Shown here one piece after another: positions 53,170-61,346 of a stretch of DNA of 64,000 bases. Under the pieces are notes generated by a model that made no database searches, was not told the DNA's origin, and worked only from the letters and a program-made list of their open reading frames with translations. Both the position numbers and the translations under genes were made by a program. Numbering within the stretch: the first letter of the stretch is position 1; each line of letters begins with the position of its first letter. This stretch comes from Candidatus Nanoarchaeia archaeon (GTDB lineage Archaea; Nanobdellota; Nanobdellia; Woesearchaeales; GW2011-AR9), in NCBI GenBank assembly GCA_035289385.1, contig DATDXI010000066.1, forward strand, positions 1,548-65,547, in the 5' to 3' direction.

Positions 53170-54921
53170 ATGAAATATCATGACCTTAAACAGAAATACT
53201 TGGATTATTTTAAGAGAAAACAGCACGTCATCATCGAATCAGCTCCTTTAATCCCGGAGAATGATCCTACCGTCTTATTCACTACGGCAGGGATGCATCC
53301 TCTCGTTCCGTATTTAGTGGGGGAGAAGCATCCTCTCGGCAAACGATTAGTTGATGTTCAGAAATGTATCAGGACTGGAGACATCGATGAAGTTGGTGAT
53401 ACGACTCACCATACGTTCTTTGAGATGCTGGGAAATTGGAGTTTGGGTGATTATTTTAAAAAAGAAGCTATCCCATACACATTTGAATTTTTAACAAAAG
53501 TTCTTAAGCTTCCTATCGATAAGTTAGGTGTTTCCTGCTTTAAAGGAGATACATCTGCTCCGAAAGATGAAGAAGCAGCCAAGACCTGGCTGTCATTAGG
53601 CATCCCAAAAGAAAGGATAGCCTATTTAGGGAAAGAAGATAATTGGTGGGGGCCAGCCGGTGAAACTGGACCTTGCGGTCCTTGCACGGAAATTTATTTC
53701 TGGACTTCAGATGTGCCAGCGCCAAAAGCATTTGACGTGAATGACAAGAGATGGGTGGAAATTGGCAATGATGTATTGATGGAATATGAAAAGCATAAGG
53801 ATGGTACGTTTACCCCCTTGAAGCAGAAGAATATCGATTTTGGTGGGGGAGTAGAAAGGACGTTAGCTGTCTTGAATGGCTTGGATGATAATTACCTTAC
53901 TGAAGTCTTTTTGCCGATAATAAAAAGTATAGAAAAGATGACAAAACGAAAATATGCTGATAACAAGCGGCTGATGAGGATCGTTGCTGACCATATCAGG
54001 GCAGCAGTCTTTATCTTAGGCGATGAAAAAGGTGTTGTTCCTTCCAATCTTGACCAAGGATATATTTTACGAAGATTTATCCGAAGATCAATCAGGAATC
54101 TGAAGACGTTAGGACTGTCCATTGAGAATATTGATCTCACTCCTTTAGCAGATGTGGTGATCAAGATTTATAAGGATGATTATCCTCTGTTGGTAGAGAA
54201 ACAGCATTTTATCAAAGAAGAGCTGCATAAAGAGCAGGAAAAATTTAAGCTGACGTTAGAGAAAGGCTTGAAAGAATTTGCCAAGATGTCTGATAAAAAT
54301 ATCTCTGCCCCAGATGCTTTCTTATTATTCCAAAGTTATGGCTTCCCTTTAGAGATGACCCAAGAATTAGCGCAAGAGAAAGGCCTTACTGTTGATGCTG
54401 TCGGTTTCCGTCGAGAGTTTGAGAAGCATCAGGAATTATCCCGAGTAGGGGCGGAACAGAAATTTAAAGGCGGCTTGTCAGATGCGTCGGAAGAAACCAA
54501 GAGACTGCATACGGCAACTCATTTGTTGAATGAAGCGCTGCGAAAAGTCATCTCTCCTGATATTCGACAGAGGGGATCAAATATCACCCCGGAACGATTG
54601 AGGTTTGATTTTAATTTTGACAGGAAATTAACTCCTGAAGAAGTCAAGGCAGTGGAAGAGGAAGTGAATAGTGTTATTGCCAGAAAGCTGAATGTTATCC
54701 GAAAAGAAATGCTGTTAGAGGAAGCGGAAAAATTAGGCGCTCAGAAAGAGTTTGGGCATAAGTATCCTCCGAAAGTTTCCGTCTATTTTGTGGGTGATTA
54801 TTCAAAAGAGTTCTGTGGTGGCCCGCACGTTTCCAACACTTCAGAATTGGGGCATTTCAAGATCGTTAAAGAAGAGTCATCTGCTGCCGGAATTAGAAGG
54901 ATAAAGGCGGTGTTGGGGTAG
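53170..54921 (+). CDS. alaS: Alanyl-tRNA synthetase, bacterial-type catalytic core plus editing domain, lacking C-Ala domain (583 aa)
   Basis: LFTTAGMHPLVPYL and HHTFFEMLGNWSLGDYFK are the bacterial AlaRS motifs. The editing-site motifs HTATHLLNEAL and CGGPHV are present. The protein ends right after the editing domain. Confidence 0.8.
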   Translation: MKYHDLKQKYLDYFKRKQHVIIESAPLIPENDPTVLFTTAGMHPLVPYLVGEKHPLGKRLVDVQKCIRTGDIDEVGDTTHHTFFEMLGNWSLGDYFKKEAIPYTFEFLTKVLKLPIDKLGVSCFKGDTSAPKDEEAAKTWLSLGIPKERIAYLGKEDNWWGPAGETGPCGPCTEIYFWTSDVPAPKAFDVNDKRWVEIGNDVLMEYEKHKDGTFTPLKQKNIDFGGGVERTLAVLNGLDDNYLTEVFLPIIKSIEKMTKRKYADNKRLMRIVADHIRAAVFILGDEKGVVPSNLDQGYILRRFIRRSIRNLKTLGLSIENIDLTPLADVVIKIYKDDYPLLVEKQHFIKEELHKEQEKFKLTLEKGLKEFAKMSDKNISAPDAFLLFQSYGFPLEMTQELAQEKGLTVDAVGFRREFEKHQELSRVGAEQKFKGGLSDASEETKRLHTATHLLNEALRKVISPDIRQRGSNITPERLRFDFNFDRKLTPEEVKAVEEEVNSVIARKLNVIRKEMLLEEAEKLGAQKEFGHKYPPKVSVYFVGDYSKEFCGGPHVSNTSELGHFKIVKEESSAAGIRRIKAVLG

Positions 54922-54944
54922 AGAGAGTTTCTGAAAGTTTTTGA

Positions 54945-55859
54945 GTGAACCAGCAAAGGCTTAAAAAGGCTGAAATACTTCTTCTCTCTATGTTAAATGC
55001 AAGTCTTAAAAAAAGGTTGATAGCAGCTCAAGTGAGTGAAATTACGGAGCATTATATCTACAAGCGCTTATCGGAAAAGATCCATGACCCTCAGAATAAG
55101 AAAATTCTTCATGAAATTGCTGAAGATGAATTAAAACATTACAATCTCTGGAAGAAATATACTCAGCAAGAGCCCAAGCCAAACAGAAAGAAGATGTGGT
55201 GGTACTATCTTATGGCCAGGATCTTTGGCTTGACGTTTGGCGTAAAGCTGATGGAGAAAGGAGAGAGAAAAGCTCAGGTTCATTATAATCGATTGACGGG
55301 AATCCTTGCTGAAGCCAAGCTCGTCATCAAAGACGAAGAAAGGCATGAGCAGTCGCTGATCAATCTGTTAGAAGAAGAGAAATTGTCCTATATCGGCTCT
55401 GTCGTTTTGGGATTGAATGATGCTTTGGTTGAATTAACCGGCGCTTTAGCTGGATTTACTCTGGCTTTGCAAAACACTCAACTGATTGCAGTAGTTGGAT
55501 TGATCACAGGGTTTGCTGCTTCATTGTCGATGGCCGCTTCTGAGTATCTGTCGAAGAAAGCCGATGATGGAGGCAAACAACCGTTGACGTCATCGATCTA
55601 TACAGGAATTGCTTACATCTTTACCGTCTTATTATTAGTCTTCCCTTATTTTGTCCTTAGCAATGTTTATTATGCACTGAGCTGGACGATAGGGAATGCG
55701 ATAGTTATCATTTTCTTATTCACTTTTTATGTGTCTATCGCCAGAGGATATTCATTTCGCAAAAAATTTTGGGAGATGATCATCATCAGCTTAGGAGTTG
55801 CTGCACTAAGCTTTGGTATAGGGTATCTTATCAGGACATTTTTAGGGGTTGATGTTTAG
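54945..55859 (+). CDS. Ferritin/rubrerythrin-like domain fused to VIT1/CCC1-family Fe/Mn transporter
   Basis: N-terminal EITEHYIY...HEIAEDELKHY (diiron-like E/H ligands). C-terminal GSVVLGLNDALVELTGALAGF...SMAASEYLS is the VIT1 signature. Confidence 0.7.
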   Translation: MNQQRLKKAEILLLSMLNASLKKRLIAAQVSEITEHYIYKRLSEKIHDPQNKKILHEIAEDELKHYNLWKKYTQQEPKPNRKKMWWYYLMARIFGLTFGVKLMEKGERKAQVHYNRLTGILAEAKLVIKDEERHEQSLINLLEEEKLSYIGSVVLGLNDALVELTGALAGFTLALQNTQLIAVVGLITGFAASLSMAASEYLSKKADDGGKQPLTSSIYTGIAYIFTVLLLVFPYFVLSNVYYALSWTIGNAIVIIFLFTFYVSIARGYSFRKKFWEMIIISLGVAALSFGIGYLIRTFLGVDV

Positions 55860-55929
55860 ATAGATATGTTTTTTAATAGGGAAGAGGATAACTACTATAT
55901 TATGATTATATCATGATTGGAACTATACC

Positions 55930-56367
55930 ATGACAGGAAAACGAACATTTATCGATCATACTGCTGATATCCTATTTGAAGCGCAAGGCAGCACCATCGA
56001 AGAATTATTTGAGCAATGCGGCTTAGCCGTAGAGGAAACTCAGGTTGAGCTATCTACCGTCAAGCCGGCTATCAAGAAAGTCTTTCATCTGGAGAATGCA
56101 AAAGTAGATGCCTTATTGTTTGATTTTCTGGATGATCTGCTCTTTTACAAAGATGCGGAGCAATTACTTTTTTCCAAATTTGTATTGAAATTAGATAAGC
56201 CGCAAGGAAATTCTCCTAATTTTCGTTTAGAAGTGCAGGCTTACGGCCAGAAGATTGATGTGAAGAAGCATGGGCTGAAGGTTGATATCAAAGCCATCAC
56301 CATGCATATGTTTGAAGTTAAGAAAACTGCTAAGGGATGGAAAGCAAAAGTGTTGGTGGATATTTAA
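55930..56367 (+). CDS. Archease
   Basis: The FIDHTADILFEA start and 145-aa size are typical of archease. Confidence 0.8.
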   Translation: MTGKRTFIDHTADILFEAQGSTIEELFEQCGLAVEETQVELSTVKPAIKKVFHLENAKVDALLFDFLDDLLFYKDAEQLLFSKFVLKLDKPQGNSPNFRLEVQAYGQKIDVKKHGLKVDIKAITMHMFEVKKTAKGWKAKVLVDI

Positions 56368-56652
56368 TTGGGAATAGATTTTTATATTCTATAGTCCTTC
56401 TTTCCTTATGGTCTATTACAGTTCGTCAATGCCGAAGTATCAGGGTTCTGCAGGGGGAAGTTCAACGTATGCGGGATCTTCCGCCTATGTCGTAAAATCT
56501 AATTCTGTCTGCTGCGGGTCATTCAGTAGAGGACAGAGATGTAGGGGTTGTCCGGGAGGATGATTCTTATGTTAAAGAACTCGAGGATATAGTGTCACTC
56601 TCAAGTTGTAAAAAACAAAAGGTTTATAAATAGCAGTTCTTTATCATATCTT

Positions 56653-57624
56653 ATGACTATAGACCTGCGTTTTGACCCTGAGTATGGAAATCTGACTAGG
56701 GGTGTTAGTGAATTTCAGGAAGAGTTAGCAAGAAGGAACCATATTGGTCCTAGCTTGGTTAGGCCTACTAATGGCGCAACTGGTGCATTAAGTGCCATAT
56801 TTTCGGCAACAAGAATTCGGGATGCTCATCAGGGGAAAAAATCTGTTGCGCTCTTGGCTTCTCCAGAATATTTTGATGCATTTCGCATGCTGAAGATGTA
56901 TGGATTTGATATTACAACTGCCGCAAATGGGATGATGAGATATCCTACATCCGAGATCATTGAACAGCTAGGTAGCAAGAAGCCAACTCTATTCTACGTT
57001 TCTGTACCCAATAATCCTACGGGGATTCTTCTTTCCGATACGGAGTTAGATCAGATTATCAATGAAGCTCCAGTTGAAACACGGATGGTTTTGGATAGGA
57101 CTTTAGTCCATCCAGAGCAATATTGCGAGACTTCTTCTTTAAGAGAAAAATTTGGAGACCGAGATATTATTATTGTTGACTCATTTTCAAAATCGTTGGG
57201 GGTTGTAAGTGATAGAGTGGGTTATTTTGTTGGCTTTCAGCCAGAAACAGTAGAAGCTGTCCATCCTTACGCTCATGCGCCGAGCAGTTTAGCTATGGCG
57301 AAGGTGAGAGGTTTGTTAGACGATGATGGTATTGAGCAAGAAGTTGAGACAGTAGTTAAGAAAGTTAGAGAATCAGATACTATTTTAAGACAATGGAATA
57401 AAGAGCAGCCAAAAGCAACGTATCATCCATCACTTTCTAATTTTGCAGTTATTGAATTATCTGGAATAAGTGGAGATGAATGCAGAGAAAGATTAGAAGA
57501 GCAAGGAATCCTTGTGCGTTCAGGTAGCCAGTTGTATATGTCTGCTGATGTTATTAGAATAGACATGGGACAACCAAAAGTATTGCCTGAAGTTCTTGAA
57601 AAATTAGATAAGATTCTTGCATAA
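56653..57624 (+). CDS. Class I/II PLP-dependent aminotransferase family protein (short; HisC/CobD-like)
   Basis: PNNPTG and the SFSKSLG PLP-lysine motif. Confidence 0.55.
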   Translation: MTIDLRFDPEYGNLTRGVSEFQEELARRNHIGPSLVRPTNGATGALSAIFSATRIRDAHQGKKSVALLASPEYFDAFRMLKMYGFDITTAANGMMRYPTSEIIEQLGSKKPTLFYVSVPNNPTGILLSDTELDQIINEAPVETRMVLDRTLVHPEQYCETSSLREKFGDRDIIIVDSFSKSLGVVSDRVGYFVGFQPETVEAVHPYAHAPSSLAMAKVRGLLDDDGIEQEVETVVKKVRESDTILRQWNKEQPKATYHPSLSNFAVIELSGISGDECRERLEEQGILVRSGSQLYMSADVIRIDMGQPKVLPEVLEKLDKILA

Positions 57625-57678
57625 ATTGTTGTTGTCTTGCTTTGGAGATGAGTTTTGCTGTTAAAACTAGATTTGTAT

Positions 57679-58146
57679 CTAATACAATGGTCCTTGTTCT
57701 GGAGAATATTTTTGATGTTGTGGATTTCCAGGATGATAACCCCCAGATATATTTGGTGATACATAACTTCCACCGTTAGCTCTGGAATAAAGGCTGAGAG
57801 CATCCGTTGCAACGAAATAAGATACATTGTTTCTCCTTCCCGAACTGGTATAATCTCCCGTCAATAGTTCTAATGGGCTTCTGCCTGACGGACGGTAGAG
57901 ATCTTTCTGCTTGTCTAAACCATGAGCTTCTCTTGCTGCCTGATAGCCCGTCATTGCCGACAGCTGATGGGCATGATCCATGTAAAGAGGATGCATCTGT
58001 TTTCTTTCTTCCGGCATCGTTGGGCGTTTTGTTGCAAATTCTCTTCCTAATTGGAAAAAAATTGCTCTAGATGCATCAAATTCATGCTGTCCAAAAGAGC
58101 CTTCTGGGTGTTTAGCAATTCCTTGGTAGGGGTGTGTTTCGATCAT
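57679..58146 (-). CDS. Hypothetical protein
   Basis: ORF only, 155 aa. It overlaps the alternative ORF 57423-57827. Confidence 0.3.
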   Translation of the reverse strand: MIETHPYQGIAKHPEGSFGQHEFDASRAIFFQLGREFATKRPTMPEERKQMHPLYMDHAHQLSAMTGYQAAREAHGLDKQKDLYRPSGRSPLELLTGDYTSSGRRNNVSYFVATDALSLYSRANGGSYVSPNISGGYHPGNPQHQKYSPEQGPLY

Positions 58147-58304
58147 GGTAAATCTGCGACAGTTTTGTCAGTTGTTGAGATAGATGTTTTGCCAGGCTTT
58201 AACTGTTTTGTGGCAAAGTGAGACAAAAATGTCATGATTCTTAAAAACCACTTGTAAGTGACAAATAACAAAATATTTATAAACATACTGATTTTTCTTA
58301 GTAT

Positions 58305-59270
58305 ATGGTTCAAGAAGCGATTGCTCAGATAAGGGAACGGTATCAAGGGACTCCATTAGTGGCAGTCATAGGCGGTGCTTCTCAACATTCGGCAAGAGAA
58401 GCCTATGAGCTTGGCAGAGCAACAAGAGAAGCGATGGCTCATATTGGTGGGGTATCATTTACGGTCGGCTTTCCTTCCTGGTGTGTTGATTTTTATCGTG
58501 GTGTAAAAGATTACGCTCGAGATACCCTCAATAGGGCATTTGGTGAAGCTTTACGTGGAAAATTAACCCAGGGAGGAGATGGTAGGGATTTATTTTTCTT
58601 GCTCTTGCCTCAAGATTTTCAGGAGGCTCTTCGTGAACGAGTGTCTATTTACCGAGGCTTACATCACTTGAATGGTAATACTTCGCTGAGCTATGAGATT
58701 GCTGGAGCGACGATGAAGGAGACGATGGCTGCTGTTATTCCAGAAGTTGCTGATCTTGTCGTGCTTCATAATGGAAATGAAAGGTTAGCTGCCTACGCAT
58801 CTCGTCTGGTCGCTGCTGGGAGAAGGGTATTTCCTATCATTACCTCTGGTGGCTCGTCAGAATTACTGGCAAAGTATGCTAGAGATCAAGCAAATCCTCG
58901 GGAAGTGGCGGAGTTAGCAAGATCTGGCGTTATTCTTGATCCTGAACAGAAAGAGTTGGTTCATCCAGTCTACGATGCAGCCAGGCTTCGCTATGCTTTA
59001 GCGAATGCTTTGGGGCTAACACCTGCTGATGAACTTCTAGATTCAAGGTTACTTCCTCCGGAACTGCCTGGATCTTTGGAACAAGTTCCATCGAAGCTGG
59101 TGAAGGTAGATGAAGAGCAAGCTGCTACTACTTTGCCAAAGGAAGACGTTTCATTAAGAGATCTCATTGATAGAAGTATTGATGAAACGTTGTCTGATTC
59201 TGAATCTGCTGCTCTGGCAGAGGCAGTCATGCAGAGCATTATGAGACATGGTAAACGCGATCTGAAATAG
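58305..59270 (+). CDS. Hypothetical protein, GC-richer than neighbours (Rossmann-like N-terminus)
   Basis: VAVIGGASQHSAREAYELGRATREAMAHIGG ... PIITSGGSSELL. No confident family assignment. Confidence 0.4.
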   Translation: MVQEAIAQIRERYQGTPLVAVIGGASQHSAREAYELGRATREAMAHIGGVSFTVGFPSWCVDFYRGVKDYARDTLNRAFGEALRGKLTQGGDGRDLFFLLLPQDFQEALRERVSIYRGLHHLNGNTSLSYEIAGATMKETMAAVIPEVADLVVLHNGNERLAAYASRLVAAGRRVFPIITSGGSSELLAKYARDQANPREVAELARSGVILDPEQKELVHPVYDAARLRYALANALGLTPADELLDSRLLPPELPGSLEQVPSKLVKVDEEQAATTLPKEDVSLRDLIDRSIDETLSDSESAALAEAVMQSIMRHGKRDLK

Positions 59271-59289
59271 TTCTGATTGAAGAAAAAAA

Positions 59290-59521
59290 GTAGCGGAGGA
59301 TGGATTCCCCCGCCAGTTACCCTAGGCGAGTCGTATGTCTGAGGGATATTCTGCCGAAATCCCTCTTATTGGAAAGGAAATGTCTGCTGTTATTTCCTTC
59401 AATAATTCTGGAGAGTTTAATAAATGAATAATAAAAAATAGCGGAGGATGGATTCCCACGCCAGTTACACTAGGCAAGTCGTATGTCTGAGGGATATTCT
59501 GCTGAAATCCCTCTTATTAGA
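59290..59521. repeat. Two tandem ~85-bp direct repeats, each beginning with a copy of the 3'-terminal 17 nt of the adjacent initiator tRNA gene (att-like)
   Basis: GTAGCGGAGGATGGATTCCCCCGCCAGTTACCCTAGGCGAGTCGTATGTCTGAGGGATATTCTGCCGAAATCCCTCTTATTGG (59290-59373) and TAGCGGAGGATGGATTCCCACGCCAGTTACACTAGGCAAGTCGTATGTCTGAGGGATATTCTGCTGAAATCCCTCTTATTAG (59439-59521). A third GTAGCGGAGGATGGATT copy is the tRNA 3' end itself (59602-59618). Confidence 0.55.
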
Positions 59522-59602
59522 AATACAGAAACTAAATATTTTTAAGAAGAATACCTAGATTTTCAGAAGTATACCATTTTCAGGATGAATAGATAAAAAA
59601 AG

Positions 59603-59677
59603 TAGCGGAGGATGGATTTGAACCATCGATCTCAGGGTTATGAGCCCTGCGGGTACTCCTAGCTTCCCTACTCCGCT
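59603..59677 (-). tRNA. Initiator tRNA-Met (anticodon CAU)
   Basis: The minus-strand sequence reads AGCGGAG-UA-GGGAAGCUAGGAGUACCC-G-CAGGG-CUCAUAA-CCCUG-AGAUC-GAUGG-UUCAAAU-CCAUC-CUCCGCU-A. It has an A1:U72 pair and three consecutive G:C pairs in the anticodon stem, the archaeal/eukaryal initiator hallmarks. There is no encoded CCA. Confidence 0.7.
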
Positions 59678-59838
59678 ATGGTAATACTAAGAAAGATTAG
59701 CCCGTATTTAAAAACATTTGGTTTTATTCCCGTCTGGGTTAATACCCAACAGCTCTGCTGCGGTTGGGAGTTTCATTCTAGGACAACCGGCCCAGCTCAC
59801 TTTCTAAGTGATAGTCTCAAAATCACTCTCTTTTCGGA

Positions 59839-60183
59839 TTGTGCCGGACAACCACTATTTATTTAAAGTACAAATCACTTCTAAATAAAATGTCAGAACT
59901 TCAAAGTAATTCTACTCGAGAAAATTCAAGATTTAGGAATATTCCCCTTGGAATTTTTGAGCTTGTTGGGGGTTCTAGTTCAGTATTTGTTGGTGCATAT
60001 GTTGTAAATTTAGCGCGTAATGCTCCGATCCTAGAAAAATCATTTGAACCGGCACAATTGATTACTTATAGTATTGGCACTGCTGGTGTAATAGTTGCAG
60101 TAACTGGTCTTGTTGCAATTGTGAATGGAGTTAGAGATATAGTGGGTGAATATATTACCTCACAAAAATATCAAACAGATTAA
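59839..60183 (+). CDS. Small membrane protein
   Basis: Two hydrophobic helices. 114 aa. Confidence 0.3.
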   Translation: MCRTTTIYLKYKSLLNKMSELQSNSTRENSRFRNIPLGIFELVGGSSSVFVGAYVVNLARNAPILEKSFEPAQLITYSIGTAGVIVAVTGLVAIVNGVRDIVGEYITSQKYQTD

Positions 60184-60286
60184 GAAAAATCAAATACCCT
60201 TTAAGTCATGCGTTGTAAATACTATTAAAAATTTTCTGCCCCGATTTCTCAATTACTATTGAGAGTTTCCTAAACTTTATTCTCCA

Positions 60287-60305
60287 CCGCAAAAACCTTT
60301 ATATA
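60287..60305 (+). promoter_or_regulatory. BRE/TATA promoter element CCGCAAAAACCTTTATATA upstream of sppA (identical to the proS promoter 19-mer)
   Basis: Exact 19/19 match to 4027-4045. The TATA box ends 23 nt before the ATG. Confidence 0.45.
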
Positions 60306-60327
60306 CTTCTCTTCTTTCGTTGAATCC

Positions 60328-61242
60328 ATGAAAAAGGTGGTACTATCGAGGAGAACAGCTATTTTGCTCACCCTCGGAGCGGTGTTGTTCGTCTTGTTTT
60401 TCCTGCTGCCTATTTCCTTATCTCTGTTTTCCTCTAGCAGTTTTGGAAATGTTGCTTTGATCCCTATTGAAGGGGCTATCACTACAACAAGCGATACTTC
60501 ATTTGGGCAAACATCCGTCTCGTCAGCAGATATCGTTCAATTCATTGAAGATGCGGAAGCTGACCAAACTATTGATGCAATTGTGTTAGAGATCAATTCT
60601 CCCGGCGGTACTCCTGTTGCTTCTGATGAGATAGCACAAGCGGTCAAGAAAGCACAGAAGCCAGTCATCGCTGTCATAAAAGATATCGGCGCTTCAGGTG
60701 GCTATTGGGTAGCTTCTGCCACGGATTATATTTTTGCCAACCGCATGTCGATCACGGGAAGTATCGTTGTAATATCTTCCTATCTAGAATTCAGCGGCTT
60801 ATTGGACAAGTATGATGTTCGTTATGAGCGCCTTGTTTCCGGTGAGAATAAAGATATCGGCAGTCCCTTCAACAAATTAAATGAACAGCAGAGAGAACTG
60901 ATGCAGGGCAAGATTGATACTCTGCATGAGTTTTTTGTGGAGGAAGTCGCTCTGAATCGAGATATTCCATTAGAAGATGTTCGATCCATGGCTACAGGTG
61001 AAATATTTTTAGGATCGGAAGCATTGCAGCTTGGGCTGATCGATGAACTAGGAAATCTAGATGATGCCAAATCCTATCTTCAAGATACTTTTGGCTTAGC
61101 CTCTGTTGACTTCATCCCTTATGTCAAAGAAACTGGCTTTTTTGAATCATTGATGGGATTAGCGAGCAGCTTTTCCTTTACGATAGGTGAAGGCCTTGGT
61201 ACTATACTAGTAAAAAGAGATCAAAATCTATTTATGATATGA
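60328..61242 (+). CDS. sppA: Signal peptide peptidase SppA (peptidase S49)
   Basis: LEINSPGGTPVASDEI...IGASGGYWVASATDYIFAN...TGSIVV shows the S49 ClpP-fold serine/lysine dyad regions. There is an N-terminal TM anchor. Confidence 0.8.
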   Translation: MKKVVLSRRTAILLTLGAVLFVLFFLLPISLSLFSSSSFGNVALIPIEGAITTTSDTSFGQTSVSSADIVQFIEDAEADQTIDAIVLEINSPGGTPVASDEIAQAVKKAQKPVIAVIKDIGASGGYWVASATDYIFANRMSITGSIVVISSYLEFSGLLDKYDVRYERLVSGENKDIGSPFNKLNEQQRELMQGKIDTLHEFFVEEVALNRDIPLEDVRSMATGEIFLGSEALQLGLIDELGNLDDAKSYLQDTFGLASVDFIPYVKETGFFESLMGLASSFSFTIGEGLGTILVKRDQNLFMI

Positions 61243-61346
61243 CTCATGATACACCAATTACCATCCCCAAAAAAGTGAAATAAAGTAATGAAATAATAAA
61301 TCCAAATAATGAATCAAGATAATTCAATGAGGTTCCAATCACTACC

